64,000 bases of DNA from a virus, in the IMG/VR virus record IMGVR_UViG_3300012926_000004, positions 836 to 64,835 of that record. One strand, 5' to 3'. Shown in pieces: positions 17,440 through 27,606 of this stretch; position 1 is the first letter of the stretch, and every line of letters begins with the position of its first letter. The translations under genes were made by a program, and so were the position numbers. Below the pieces are notes generated by a model. That model saw nothing but the letters and a program-made list of their open reading frames with translations. It was not told where the DNA came from and ran no database searches.

Positions 17440-18297
17440 GTGATACCCCACGACAACAGCGGAGCCGGTTATGGCTGTGCCCACTTCAGCCTGGATTGTT
17501 GTTGCTGTGACTATGGGAACGATGAGGCCGACGTTCCCTACAGTGGTTGCTGAGAGGGTTTGCGTGGAGACGAAGCAGACACGCGTGTGCGCGCCGCCGA
17601 GGAAGGTGTAGGTGGGCGAATCAGTCTGGCCGGTGGCTATAGTGAGCTGGCCGGCTACGTCGGAGTTGGAAGGTGTGCCGGTGCGCAGGATCGGAGCTAT
17701 ATTCTGGGTGGCGGTTTCGGCTGCGAAGGTAGCGTTGACTGGCGTAGTCGCGCCGATGATGGTGTTGTTGATTGAGCCGCCGGTGATCGTAGCAGCGGGC
17801 GTGGTTAGCGAAGTTGTCGAGATTGAGGTCATGCCGGTTATGCTGCCGCCGGTGAACGCTGGGACTGCAGTAAAAGCTGGAACTGCAGTACCGGCTGTGT
17901 TGTTCATGAAAACGGAGCGTGCGGCCTGAGGTGTTAGCGTGAACGAGGTGAACGGAGTTGAGGTAGGGTTCGAGGTGGCAGTAGTGAACAGCGGCGGCAG
18001 GTTGCCTGCGGTCACGTTGGTCACTGTGCCTGGGTTGCCGCCTTGGGCTGTGCCGTCCCACGGGACCCATCTAGCGAGGGTGGAGTTATAGAAGAAGAGA
18101 GCTGTTGGGGTTGGAGTGTAGGTGACTGCGCCAGCTGTTGCAGTGCCGAGTAGCGGAGTCCAGCCGGAACCTGTATTGACATAAGCCGCTGCGCTAGAAG
18201 GCGTAACCTGAGCAGCACATTGCCCTACGAACATAAGCATCGATATCGGACAGAGAAGAGAGCAAAAGTGAAGCAAGTAGTGCGCTGGCTTGAACAT
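17422..18297 (-). CDS. secreted fibre-like protein, N-terminal paralogue of 18434..22513
   Basis: signal-like N-terminus ending CAA-Q; [16 protein letters not shown] motif; Thr-rich. Confidence 0.75.
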   Translation of the reverse strand: MFKPAHYLLHFCSLLCPISMLMFVGQCAAQVTPSSAAAYVNTGSGWTPLLGTATAGAVTYTPTPTALFFYNSTLARWVPWDGTAQGGNPGTVTNVTAGNLPPLFTTATSNPTSTPFTSFTLTPQAARSVFMNNTAGTAVPAFTAVPAFTGGSITGMTSISTTSLTTPAATITGGSINNTIIGATTPVNATFAAETATQNIAPILRTGTPSNSDVAGQLTIATGQTDSPTYTFLGGAHTRVCFVSTQTLSATTVGNVGLIVPIVTATTIQAEVGTAITGSAVVVGYHCDGLF

Positions 18298-18433
18298 GGC
18301 CGTTTACCCCTGGAAGGGTACCTGCGACATACAGGTACCCAACTAGGTTATCCGGTCTAAATATCGCACGTAATTTGGAACGTGGCACCAGAAACTACTG
18401 GAGCTACATCGGTGCGTGTTGAAAAGTTGAGCG

Positions 18434-21400
18434 TTATAAGGTGCACGCTCCCGTAAATGTTTCACCACCACCAACCGGTTGAACATTGGCTCTGGTGTCG
18501 AAGATGATAGAAAGTGTCGTGCCGCTGAGGATCGTGGCTCTGGGTACATTGCCTGACAGAGGAGACGCTCCACCGGTTCCACCCCAAAGCAACTGAGCTG
18601 TCGCGTTTGTCGGAACTGCCCAGCATATAGAACCTATAGATCCACCAACGATGTTGCAGGTATAGATATTGGTTCCTGCAACAGGAACGGGCACCACAGC
18701 AGCTTGGCAAGAATTGATGGTATGAACTCCACTACCACCTTTTGTGTAGCCACCTGCTCCAGCATTGACAGTCCCACCTCCTAAGATTCCAGAAGCTGAA
18801 AGCGGTCCCGTATGTACCCATGATCCAGTGCCACTACTTGATGTGATACCAGTAATACCGCTTGCCTGACCGCCTGCAATCGATATCCCAAAAATTCCAG
18901 CGTTCCAAGCATCATTGGTAAAGCCGAGCCCGACGGTTCCGCCCGAATACTGCAGCATTGCGATTCGGTTGTTCGCTGTTCGGGTTGGATCGTTGAATAC
19001 CGCATTGCTTTGATTCCCCGTGGTGTTGGTAAACAACTGCACGTTAGAGACACCCTGATTCTGAGGCGTATTCGGGCCACCTGCCGCAGCGATGATGCTT
19101 GACGGTGAAGTTATAGTTCCTGTGGTTGAGAATGGACCTGTATGAGCCCAGGCTCCTGTACCGCTACTTGAAGTTATGCCTGTTATACCAGTGCCCTGGC
19201 CTCCAGCGGCATTAAAGAATGTGGTCGCAAGGGACTGATCATCACTCTTGAAGCGAAGCTGGTAGCTACCCTGAAACCATAGAGCTTCGGCGATTCGGTT
19301 ATTCGCGGTTCTTGCCGAGTCATAGTAAACAACGTCTGCCACATTCGGCTGCCCGACCAGAGCCACACCAGTGTTAACGGTGCTTGCTGGGGAAGTATTA
19401 TTGGTAGAGTTCACTGTACCCTGCCCTGTGAAGTTCCCAGTCGTAGTCAACGTCGTAAACGCTCCCGTGTTCGGCGTTGTGTTTCCGATCGCGGGAGGCG
19501 ATGCAAAGCTAGCGCTGCTGCCAATCACACTAATAACGCCACTGCCATTTACTGTGGTCGAGGTTCCGTCTCCCTGCACCTGACCAAGTGTTGTGTTCGT
19601 TGCGATCGGAACCGTAGTAGCTGGGTTAAGCAACTGCCATGTACCGCTAGCAGCGCTGTTATAAAGCACGACTGCAGTCGTACCGGTCGCAAGGTCACCC
19701 GCGGATAGAACAACTCCGCCAAGCTTCGTAATCGTTCTAGCTCCAAGATTGTTTACATTCAAAGTTGGAGTGGTCGTGGTATTCGCCGCAACAGGATTGA
19801 AGGTGATGATTTCACCCGAGCTTAGTGCTGTAACCGCCGTGTTCGCTACAACTGCAGCGTTTACCAGACCTGTGTCATTGACAGGCGTGTCCTGCAGCAC
19901 TGGCATGATCTGAATGCCCGTGAACGTGTTAGCCGCGAGCCCCGCTCCCCCACCAGCAACATTCGCCGTGATCTGACCGCCGGCGCAAGTGGTAGTCGTT
20001 CCGTCGCACTGAAGGATGCCGGCAACGCTGTTGCTTCCGACGGGGAGATTAGTGGTAGGCAATGTCCCTGTAACATCAGCTGACGCTAGGTTGACGGCCC
20101 GTGATGCGCCATCTGCCACCCCAGCCGTAATATGGTAGAAACCAGTTCCTGTTGGTACCGTAGCGCCCGCCACAGTCGCCGGCCCCCAATTAGTTCCGTT
20201 ATACTGCAGAACCTGTCCCGAGGTTGGTGCCGTGGCAATCACAGGAACACTCTGAATAGATGTCGCGTTGCCTGATGCACCACCACCAGCCTGGCCTACA
20301 AACTGTTCCCAATGAGCTCCTGAATTGGCATCTGCCACAGCCGTTCCTGCAGTTGCACCAAGCACTGATCGAAACACACACTTGGTGTTGTTCGGGCAAA
20401 GGATTGAGGTCCCCAGGTCGATGTTCTCACCGGAGATCGCCTGAACCGTTAGCGTGTTCGTGCCTGTGGCTTGAATGTTACCGACGTAGCGCTCAGTGCC
20501 TACCAGTCCCACAGCGCTTGGCAAGGTGATCGCGAACGATCCGCCAGTTGGATTACCTCCAACAGCAACATCTTGAGGAACCTCTGCATAAGCCGAGGTC
20601 TTCAACTGTGGGCTGGTTCCGTCGCGTTGGGCATCGAACCAATTCACATATGAAGCTACAACATTAGCTATGGTCTGTTGGCCGGCTGCTGTTGGATGTA
20701 CATGGTCGCCAGTAGCCGAGAAGCAGGCTGCTCCTCCGCTGCAAGCTGTGCCGCCGCCAGCACTTGCCCCGTCTGCACCAAGCCCTGCAAAACTAGCTAA
20801 ATCGATCATGCCATCAGCGCCGGCAAAATCCTGACGAATCAGATTGTTGTATTGGTTCTTCAGACCGTCATTGGCTGGGCTAACTCCACCAGCGACACCA
20901 CGACTGATCATGGTGATTACTAGCACACGTGGCGCAGGATTCATGGCTTTATAGCATTGCACGACGCGACGCAAGCGTTGGTACGCTACGATAGGTGTTA
21001 CGGTTCCGAGGGGAGCACTAACCTGGGCCAGATCGTTTGTACCCGCGAAAATAGTCACTGTGGTATTCGCGTTTGGATTGAACGATCCCTGGCCGCGAGT
21101 CTGGCATTCGGTGAGAAGGTTGGCCAACTGCCATCCTGGAGTAGAAATGTTAGTCGATAGGTAAGTATTGAGCGGGGCGGGTGTGGCACCGCCGAGCAGC
21201 GCGGGCCAGCCAACGTTGCCTGCGTTCAATCCATAGGTTATAGAATCACCCACAGCCAGGAGCTGATTGCCGCCGGAGTCGCTATATGCAGGCACTGGAG
21301 TTTTGATCACGCCACGTGCTTGCATGGAATTCTGAATCGAGCCGACGTTGGTTTGGATCTCGTCGAGAGTTAGAGCGCGATTATAGGCATTGTGAAAGTA

Positions 21401-22513
21401 AATCGGCCAGGGATGTTTATAGGTAGAACTCAGCGTGGCGTATGGAGGAGTACCGAGTGCGAATGATCCTATGGGAACGAGTGCCGCCGATCCTGAAATT
21501 GCATATTGATATATCGGCGCTGGTTGACTATCGATAAAGTATTCGTCAGAGCTGTTAGTGCCTGTGCCGCGACGCCATGTGATTACATGGCAGCCATCGG
21601 CTGAAGCTGTAGATTGTGTGATGATGTTAGCGTTGTTAGTGGTATTTGGCGAGAGGCCATACTTGCCTAATGTAGCTTGCTGTGGCGTGCTGGCCATGCC
21701 TCCGTTTAGGAATACGCCCAGAGCTTGCGTAGTCGCACCGGATGGAGCTGTAGCAGATACGAGTCCCGCAATCAGCGTATCGAAGTAGCCGGCCGTAGGC
21801 AGAGTCTGAGCATTAGTACAGGTAAAGGTCTGCATGGTTAGCGCTGTGTTAAGACCGGGATTCAGCAAGACATAGCCAGATGGCGTGACAGCGCCTGTTC
21901 CAGCAGCTACGTTGAAACCGCCTGCAAGATCTCCAGCGAGATTGATGTTGCCTACGACTGTTGGTGGATTAGCGCTACCTGGTGAGAAGTCAATCGGGGT
22001 TGTGCCATTGGCCTCCTGGAAGTGTAGCTCTTCGATCAGACCTGGAACTATGGCAGAGACTCTGGCGGAATTAGCGAACTGTCCAGTCGGGAACGTTGGG
22101 TTTGTTGAGAATGTTGGAGCTGCTGCTGCATTAGTAAAGTTACCGAAGAACGAATTCGCAGCTTGGCTCGATAATGTAAAAGTCAACGCTGGAGTCGTCG
22201 TCGGCGTTGCCACACTCGTCGTAAACAACGTCGGTAGGTTCCCAGCCGTAAAGTTAGTGACCGTGCCTGAACCGCCACCGCCCGATGTGCCCGGCCATGG
22301 CACCCATTTACCCAAGCTCGAATTGAACACGTACAACGCAGCGGGTGTTGGGTTGAACGCTAGAGCTCCCTGAGTCGCAGTGCCGAGCAACGGCGTCCAG
22401 CCTGAGCCGGAGTTCACGTAACTCCCAACCGGAGCGGGAGTCTGCGCTGAAGCTGTAGCAGCAATCATCAATATGGCAAGAGCAAGGGCCAGGAAGCGCA
22501 TAGTAAGTTTCAT
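18434..22513 (-). CDS. large secreted fibre/spike protein with SGNH (GDSL) hydrolase domain
   Basis: MKLTMRFLALALAILMIAATASA-Q signal (GGAGA RBS); lectin/LamG-like region; GDSIT, GTND, DHVHP SGNH blocks. Confidence 0.85.
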   Translation of the reverse strand: MKLTMRFLALALAILMIAATASAQTPAPVGSYVNSGSGWTPLLGTATQGALAFNPTPAALYVFNSSLGKWVPWPGTSGGGGSGTVTNFTAGNLPTLFTTSVATPTTTPALTFTLSSQAANSFFGNFTNAAAAPTFSTNPTFPTGQFANSARVSAIVPGLIEELHFQEANGTTPIDFSPGSANPPTVVGNINLAGDLAGGFNVAAGTGAVTPSGYVLLNPGLNTALTMQTFTCTNAQTLPTAGYFDTLIAGLVSATAPSGATTQALGVFLNGGMASTPQQATLGKYGLSPNTTNNANIITQSTASADGCHVITWRRGTGTNSSDEYFIDSQPAPIYQYAISGSAALVPIGSFALGTPPYATLSSTYKHPWPIYFHNAYNRALTLDEIQTNVGSIQNSMQARGVIKTPVPAYSDSGGNQLLAVGDSITYGLNAGNVGWPALLGGATPAPLNTYLSTNISTPGWQLANLLTECQTRGQGSFNPNANTTVTIFAGTNDLAQVSAPLGTVTPIVAYQRLRRVVQCYKAMNPAPRVLVITMISRGVAGGVSPANDGLKNQYNNLIRQDFAGADGMIDLASFAGLGADGASAGGGTACSGGAACFSATGDHVHPTAAGQQTIANVVASYVNWFDAQRDGTSPQLKTSAYAEVPQDVAVGGNPTGGSFAITLPSAVGLVGTERYVGNIQATGTNTLTVQAISGENIDLGTSILCPNNTKCVFRSVLGATAGTAVADANSGAHWEQFVGQAGGGASGNATSIQSVPVIATAPTSGQVLQYNGTNWGPATVAGATVPTGTGFYHITAGVADGASRAVNLASADVTGTLPTTNLPVGSNSVAGILQCDGTTTTCAGGQITANVAGGGAGLAANTFTGIQIMPVLQDTPVNDTGLVNAAVVANTAVTALSSGEIITFNPVAANTTTTPTLNVNNLGARTITKLGGVVLSAGDLATGTTAVVLYNSAASGTWQLLNPATTVPIATNTTLGQVQGDGTSTTVNGSGVISVIGSSASFASPPAIGNTTPNTGAFTTLTTTGNFTGQGTVNSTNNTSPASTVNTGVALVGQPNVADVVYYDSARTANNRIAEALWFQGSYQLRFKSDDQSLATTFFNAAGGQGTGITGITSSSGTGAWAHTGPFSTTGTITSPSSIIAAAGGPNTPQNQGVSNVQLFTNTTGNQSNAVFNDPTRTANNRIAMLQYSGGTVGLGFTNDAWNAGIFGISIAGGQASGITGITSSSGTGSWVHTGPLSASGILGGGTVNAGAGGYTKGGSGVHTINSCQAAVVPVPVAGTNIYTCNIVGGSIGSICWAVPTNATAQLLWGGTGGASPLSGNVPRATILSGTTLSIIFDTRANVQPVGGGETFTGACTL

Positions 22514-22563
22514 CGTTAGGTCTCCTAAATTTGATTGCTGCAGTGCTACATTGCCTACTTCAA

Positions 22564-24069
22564 CTACCAGGTGCATAGATATTTCACAGTCAGAATCGCG
22601 CCAGGGGTATTCGCTGAAGCGTTGACTAAGTTGAAAGTCAGCGTGGTCGTAGAGCTGCCGGATACGACTACATCGATCCCAGCATAGTTATTGGCGTCAG
22701 TCCGGCCTGTGGCCATGCACAACATGCTAGCTGGCGGAACGTAAATAGGATTTCCAGAACCATTGAACGTTATGGAACCTAAGGCTCCAACGCCTCCGGC
22801 CGAGCTGAACTGAGAGTTCCATGTGCCGGCGTTAGTTCTGCAGGTACTGCTAAAAGCAGTTGGATTGCAGTTGAGGCCTGATTGCAGAAGAGTGGTGTTG
22901 GTTACAGTAGCTCCAGCTTGCAGAGCAGTGCCGCCGCCGAACAAGCCTGGTGCAGCAACGTTTCCTGTAGGAGCAAACGTAACGGCGTTCGGAACAGGAC
23001 TGGAGCCGGCGGAAGCGATGGTCAAAGTTCCTGCATTTCCGTAGGTGATCGATAAGCTGTCAGGTGTGCCTGTGGTGTACGTGAGGCCTACGTTGACTCC
23101 TGTTCCGCAGATGCCGTTGAACGTCAGGCAGCCAATTGAGGTGCTGCTTGGGAACGAGGTTATCTTGATGTTGTGCCCAGGTCCGGCAGCGAGCGTGTCT
23201 GTCGTAGTTGTGCCTATGACGTTGATGCTGTTGTTAAAGAATTGGAACGGCACAAAGGTATTGGCGACATCGGTGTAGGCGATCGAGGTAGGCAGGTTCG
23301 CACGTGGCACGCGTGTCGTGTTGTCGAGCGGAGCGTAGCCATTAGGCTGGCCTTTCTGGCTGAGTGGCTGAGCAGCATTAGCGATCGAAAGAGCGAGGTT
23401 AGCTTGGGTCTGTGCTGTGGAGGCTGCCAACAGCGCCGAGTTCACGCCGGTGTCAACGTAGTTCTTGTCTGAGGCCTGGAGAGGCGAGGTAGGGTCGCCG
23501 GGCAGCACGAGCGCGCCGGTCATCGTGTCGCCTGCGCGGTTCACCTTGCCGTTCCAGTTGGTTTGGTCTGCTGACGTAGGTAGGTAGAAACCAGGAGCCG
23601 TAGCTACGGAGATAGCGGGAGTCGTCGTTGGGTTCGTTACAGACACCAGGAAGCCATTGGCTTGAATGCCTGAGACGCTGGTAACTGTGCCGCCGGCTCC
23701 GCCTGAACCTGCGCCGGCTGACACGGAGTATGAGTAGGTCAAGCCGGTTTGTGGTGTTATTTGTACAAGGTACAAGCCCGAGGCCAGAAAGAATGAGTAG
23801 TTACCGTATTGGTCTGTAGCTTGCGGGTTTAGGATCGGCACGTTGAAGTTTGCATCGGCGTAGAGCTGCACGCCTGAGATCAAGCAAGGATTGCCTATGG
23901 AGAAGACGTTGCAGACACGAATAACTGCGTTGGCGGCCGGCTGACCGCCAGGCGAGACTATCTGGCCAGAGATCGCGGCAGCGTTTGGTGCCTGCGCGTG
24001 CAGAGCCGCGGCCAGCGCCAGGCTCGTGATCGTGGCTAGAATTCTACGGAGTGTGGTCAAGACAGGCAT
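22564..24069 (-). CDS. secreted tail-fibre-like protein
   Basis: signal ending LHA-Q; carboxypeptidase-regulatory-like N-domain; VNRAGDTMTG...KNYVD fibre repeat. Confidence 0.8.
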   Translation of the reverse strand: MPVLTTLRRILATITSLALAAALHAQAPNAAAISGQIVSPGGQPAANAVIRVCNVFSIGNPCLISGVQLYADANFNVPILNPQATDQYGNYSFFLASGLYLVQITPQTGLTYSYSVSAGAGSGGAGGTVTSVSGIQANGFLVSVTNPTTTPAISVATAPGFYLPTSADQTNWNGKVNRAGDTMTGALVLPGDPTSPLQASDKNYVDTGVNSALLAASTAQTQANLALSIANAAQPLSQKGQPNGYAPLDNTTRVPRANLPTSIAYTDVANTFVPFQFFNNSINVIGTTTTDTLAAGPGHNIKITSFPSSTSIGCLTFNGICGTGVNVGLTYTTGTPDSLSITYGNAGTLTIASAGSSPVPNAVTFAPTGNVAAPGLFGGGTALQAGATVTNTTLLQSGLNCNPTAFSSTCRTNAGTWNSQFSSAGGVGALGSITFNGSGNPIYVPPASMLCMATGRTDANNYAGIDVVVSGSSTTTLTFNLVNASANTPGAILTVKYLCTW

Positions 24070-24086
24070 AGCAGGTCTCTCGCTTT

Positions 24087-26732
24087 CTAAGGCGTTGTAC
24101 TCAGCAGCATATAAAGTGTTATGCCACTAATTGTTATAGGAAACGATCGGTTAGCTACAGCCGTTGAACCTGCGATTCCAGCAGCATTGATCGAAAGAGG
24201 TTTGCTGAGATTCAGAGTTCCATCCTGCTGAATATCGGGGCCAAGCTGGCCATTATTGACAAAAAATTGCATTGTCTTTAGGGCGTTGAATTCCAACCTA
24301 TTTGGAAAATTAACCGTGTCTACAGCTACACCGTTGAAATTGCCAGAACCCAGGTTCCCGCAACCTGTTGAGATCGTCAAACACAAAGAATCTAGGCCAG
24401 CAGAACCTCCAGGGACTAGACCTATTTGTGTAGTGCCTGTCCCCGCAAACACAGATCCTGAAGTGTTCAATTGAGTTGCATTGATGCCCCCGTTTACTGT
24501 AAATATCCCATTGGGGAACATGGTCACCCAAGTTGTACCCAGAGTTGAGAAATTCAATATCCCTGCCGGGGTACTTTGCAGCTGCCAGTCGTTGACCCCT
24601 GAGGCAGTTCCTCGAATGCTTATTGACGTTCCAGCCGCATTTGAACTTGAGAATATGGTATTTACTATGGCCGAGTTGAAGTTAGTCCAAGAACCGATTC
24701 CAGTATTGGTGGAGACCGCTGTGATCCCAGTAGCTTGACCGCCCGAAGCCTGTAAGAACGGTGTTCCAACTGATTGAGCATCATTCAGGAATCGCAAGAA
24801 GAAAGACCCGTTCAACCACAGCGAATCGGCTATATGATTATTGGTTGTTCTAGACTGGTCGTAGTAGACCACTTCCGCGCCCACGCCGGGATTGCCGACT
24901 AACGCCACACCAGTATTCGTGATGCTTGCTGGCGTGAAGTTGGCAGTAGCGTTTACTGTTCCCGCGGCTGTGATGTTTCCAGTGGCTGTGATTGTTGTAC
25001 CCGCAATGACGTTTGGTGTGGTCGTGCCAATAGGCCCAGGCGCGAGCAGAGCGTTGTTGATTCGAGCTGCCGCAATATTGCCGGTGGTGATGTTAGCTCC
25101 GTTGATCGCTGTGATACCGGAGCCTGGTCCGACGAAGCCTGTAGAGGCTGTGATCGTAGTACCGCCAAGCGTAGTAAACGTTCCAGCCGCGGGCGTAGTG
25201 CCTCCAATAACGGTCCCGTTTATGGTCCCGCCGGTGATTGCAGCAATTGGGAACCGTGCTGGAGCAAGCGTGCCTGAGGAGATGTTCGAAGCGTTAAGCG
25301 CGGTTAGCTGTGATCCGTCGCCAGTGAAGCCTGGGCTGGCTGTAGTTGAGACGTTGCCGGTGGCTGTGATCGCGCCGGTGGAGACTGAGCCGGAGGTTAG
25401 CAAGTTGGCGATGGTTGCAGTAGTGGCAGTGGCGAGGCCTGTAACTGAGATACCTGCTCCGAAGTTCTGGCCGACCGTGAAAGTGTTGATGACGTCCGTG
25501 TAGGCGATGTCAGGTGGAAGCTGTGCTTGCAAGATATGTCCGCCAGCATCCAGCCCAGCATAACCATTAGGCTGATTCTTCTGGTTCGAGGGTTGGGCAG
25601 CATTGGCCACAGTCAGCGCAGTGTTGGCCGTCGATAAGGCGTTCGAGGCCACAGCCAGCACGCTCGCATCGCCATTGTCCACGTAGAGTTTGTTCGCGGC
25701 CTGAGTGTTGGTCGTAGGCTGGCCGGACAGATTCAGCGGTCCAGTCATCGTGTCACCGCTGCGATTGACCTTAGCATTCCAATTGGTTTGGTCGCCGGTA
25801 GTTGGCAGGTAAAAGCCTGCGGACGTAGCTACAGAAATCTGCGGCGTTGTAGAACCAAAAGCTACAGATACCGTAAATCCGTTGGCGGTAGTGCCAGTGA
25901 CGTTCGTGACTGTGCCGCCACCGATCGGGACCTTGGTGAACAAGCCTGTGGTGGCATCGTAGGCGACTAGAGCCTGACCTGCGGTCTGCGTGATCGACTG
26001 CGGAAAGACTCCTGGGGAGCCGCCGCCGAAGCCGCCAGCTGCCCAAGCGTAGGAGTAGGTTATGCCGGTTTGCGGCGTCACCTGAATTAGGTAGAGACCG
26101 ATGTTCGTGAAGAAGGAATAGTTCCCGTATTGGTCTGCGGATTGTGGGTTCGCGATAGGTACAGTCAGCTGCGAGTCAGCATAGAGCGAGACTCCAGTGG
26201 TCGGGCAGGGCGAGCCGAAGGCTGTTACGCGACAGACCCGGACGAGCGCACCCGATGCGGGCTGGCCTCCAGGCGACACGACCTGACCTGACACGGCTGA
26301 AGCATTCGAGGACTGAGCTGTAGTGGCCGGCGTGAACGCCAGGCAGCACAGCATCACGACCATAGCTGTGACAACAGTCACCAGGTTCAGCCTAGCGCGC
26401 GAATTCTGTCGATGCCATTCCGTCATACAAGCTTTGTGGACTAGATAGTTCAGTTTCTTGCCGCCGCCTGAATGTAGTCGGTCGTCACGTAGCTGGCCTG
26501 TCGGTTCCCAGTTGCCGCCGGTCATGCGCGACTCCTCGATGCCGATCCGGCCGCCGTTAGGGCAGGAGTCTAGAGCGCACTGGCCCTGCTGTTCCGCCCA
26601 CAAGAGTTGTTTGCGCCGAATGTACTCAGCCCGGCCGGGTGGGTTATTCAAGCAGATCTCTCGGCCGTCATCGTAGCGGCGAGTTGCAGGTTCCTGCGGA
26701 GCCTGCCTAAACCTTTTGCGCATATACCGCAT
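24087..26732 (-). CDS. HNH-like domain fused via a TM/signal helix to a tail-fibre-like protein
   Basis: DGREIC...QQGQCALDSC...RDDR...NYLVHKAC N-domain; hydrophobic helix ending TTA-Q; paralogue of 22564..24069; GDTMTG...KLYVD repeat. Confidence 0.8.
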   Translation of the reverse strand: MRYMRKRFRQAPQEPATRRYDDGREICLNNPPGRAEYIRRKQLLWAEQQGQCALDSCPNGGRIGIEESRMTGGNWEPTGQLRDDRLHSGGGKKLNYLVHKACMTEWHRQNSRARLNLVTVVTAMVVMLCCLAFTPATTAQSSNASAVSGQVVSPGGQPASGALVRVCRVTAFGSPCPTTGVSLYADSQLTVPIANPQSADQYGNYSFFTNIGLYLIQVTPQTGITYSYAWAAGGFGGGSPGVFPQSITQTAGQALVAYDATTGLFTKVPIGGGTVTNVTGTTANGFTVSVAFGSTTPQISVATSAGFYLPTTGDQTNWNAKVNRSGDTMTGPLNLSGQPTTNTQAANKLYVDNGDASVLAVASNALSTANTALTVANAAQPSNQKNQPNGYAGLDAGGHILQAQLPPDIAYTDVINTFTVGQNFGAGISVTGLATATTATIANLLTSGSVSTGAITATGNVSTTASPGFTGDGSQLTALNASNISSGTLAPARFPIAAITGGTINGTVIGGTTPAAGTFTTLGGTTITASTGFVGPGSGITAINGANITTGNIAAARINNALLAPGPIGTTTPNVIAGTTITATGNITAAGTVNATANFTPASITNTGVALVGNPGVGAEVVYYDQSRTTNNHIADSLWLNGSFFLRFLNDAQSVGTPFLQASGGQATGITAVSTNTGIGSWTNFNSAIVNTIFSSSNAAGTSISIRGTASGVNDWQLQSTPAGILNFSTLGTTWVTMFPNGIFTVNGGINATQLNTSGSVFAGTGTTQIGLVPGGSAGLDSLCLTISTGCGNLGSGNFNGVAVDTVNFPNRLEFNALKTMQFFVNNGQLGPDIQQDGTLNLSKPLSINAAGIAGSTAVANRSFPITISGITLYMLLSTTP

Positions 26733-27606
26733 TGATAGCCTCCAGGGATTGCCTGATTTTGGTCGTGAGGTCCTGCGTGTGATGTGCAGCTGTGGTCAAC
26801 GGTGCTTGGCCGGTGGCAATCCGCTCGGCTTGCTCCTCAGGGGACTCGTTGCCGACGTTGGCTGACCAAGGCTGGTTGGCTGGCCATAGCTCAGCGAGGG
26901 AAGTTACTTGCTGCTGCAAGGCAGCTATCTCAGCACGGAGCTGAGCCTCGCGTTCAGCCGCGCCTAGAGCATAGTCCAGCGTAGCAGCATTCGTGGTCAG
27001 GTTCTGCTGCTTGCGCAATACCTGCATGCGGTCATCCAGGCGCTGCTTCTGAGTAACCGGCACCTTGATATCCATGATGACCCTGGGCTCGACCAGAGCT
27101 TTGGGCGAAGCTTGCTGATTGCGCTGCTCGACCAACAACGCAAACTTGCGCATTGGCAGCGCGCGAGCTTCCTGGAGCCAGGCGTACTCGGCCCAGACGT
27201 TTGGATGGATCCGGGTCAACAGCCGAGCAGCTTCCACAGTCACGGTCGACATCTGGTCCATAGTCAAGCCCTCAAGGCGCTCGCCGAGGATCATATAAGT
27301 TCCCCACATGGACTGACTGAGGCCGAGGTCTTCCCGAGCTGCGTCTTCGTCGACGAAGCCAAGTTCCTGCCAGGCTTGACGTTGGCGCAGCTTCCAGCCG
27401 TAGAAGGCAATCTCGACCAGGGAGTTCCTAAGCTTAGTCGCCGCTGACCTGACCTTGGCGAACATCTCAGGCGACGACAGTTCGCCGCTGGCCATGATCT
27501 GCGGCTGTGGCTGGATTGGGAATTTTGTGGGGACAAGACTGGGCCGCCCCTGATTTGCAACCTGAGCGGCTAGACTAGACGTGCGGACTGGATCGATGAA
27601 GGCCAT
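26707..27606 (-). CDS. hypothetical helical protein
   Basis: 299-codon ORF; TACACT -10-like element 7 nt upstream of ATG. Confidence 0.65.
   Translation of the reverse strand: MAFIDPVRTSSLAAQVANQGRPSLVPTKFPIQPQPQIMASGELSSPEMFAKVRSAATKLRNSLVEIAFYGWKLRQRQAWQELGFVDEDAAREDLGLSQSMWGTYMILGERLEGLTMDQMSTVTVEAARLLTRIHPNVWAEYAWLQEARALPMRKFALLVEQRNQQASPKALVEPRVIMDIKVPVTQKQRLDDRMQVLRKQQNLTTNAATLDYALGAAEREAQLRAEIAALQQQVTSLAELWPANQPWSANVGNESPEEQAERIATGQAPLTTAAHHTQDLTTKIRQSLEAINAVYAQKV

Noticed and set aside
16506-25503. Plus-strand ORFs such as 16525..16851, 21885..22373 and 24892..25503
   Set aside because: Antisense shadows of low-complexity Gly/Thr/Ala-rich fibre genes, with no RBS or domain motifs
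16074-26732. Diversity-generating retroelement acting on the fibres
   Set aside because: No reverse transcriptase in the window; the repeats are diverged protein-level paralogues, not a near-identical template/variable pair with A-specific mismatches
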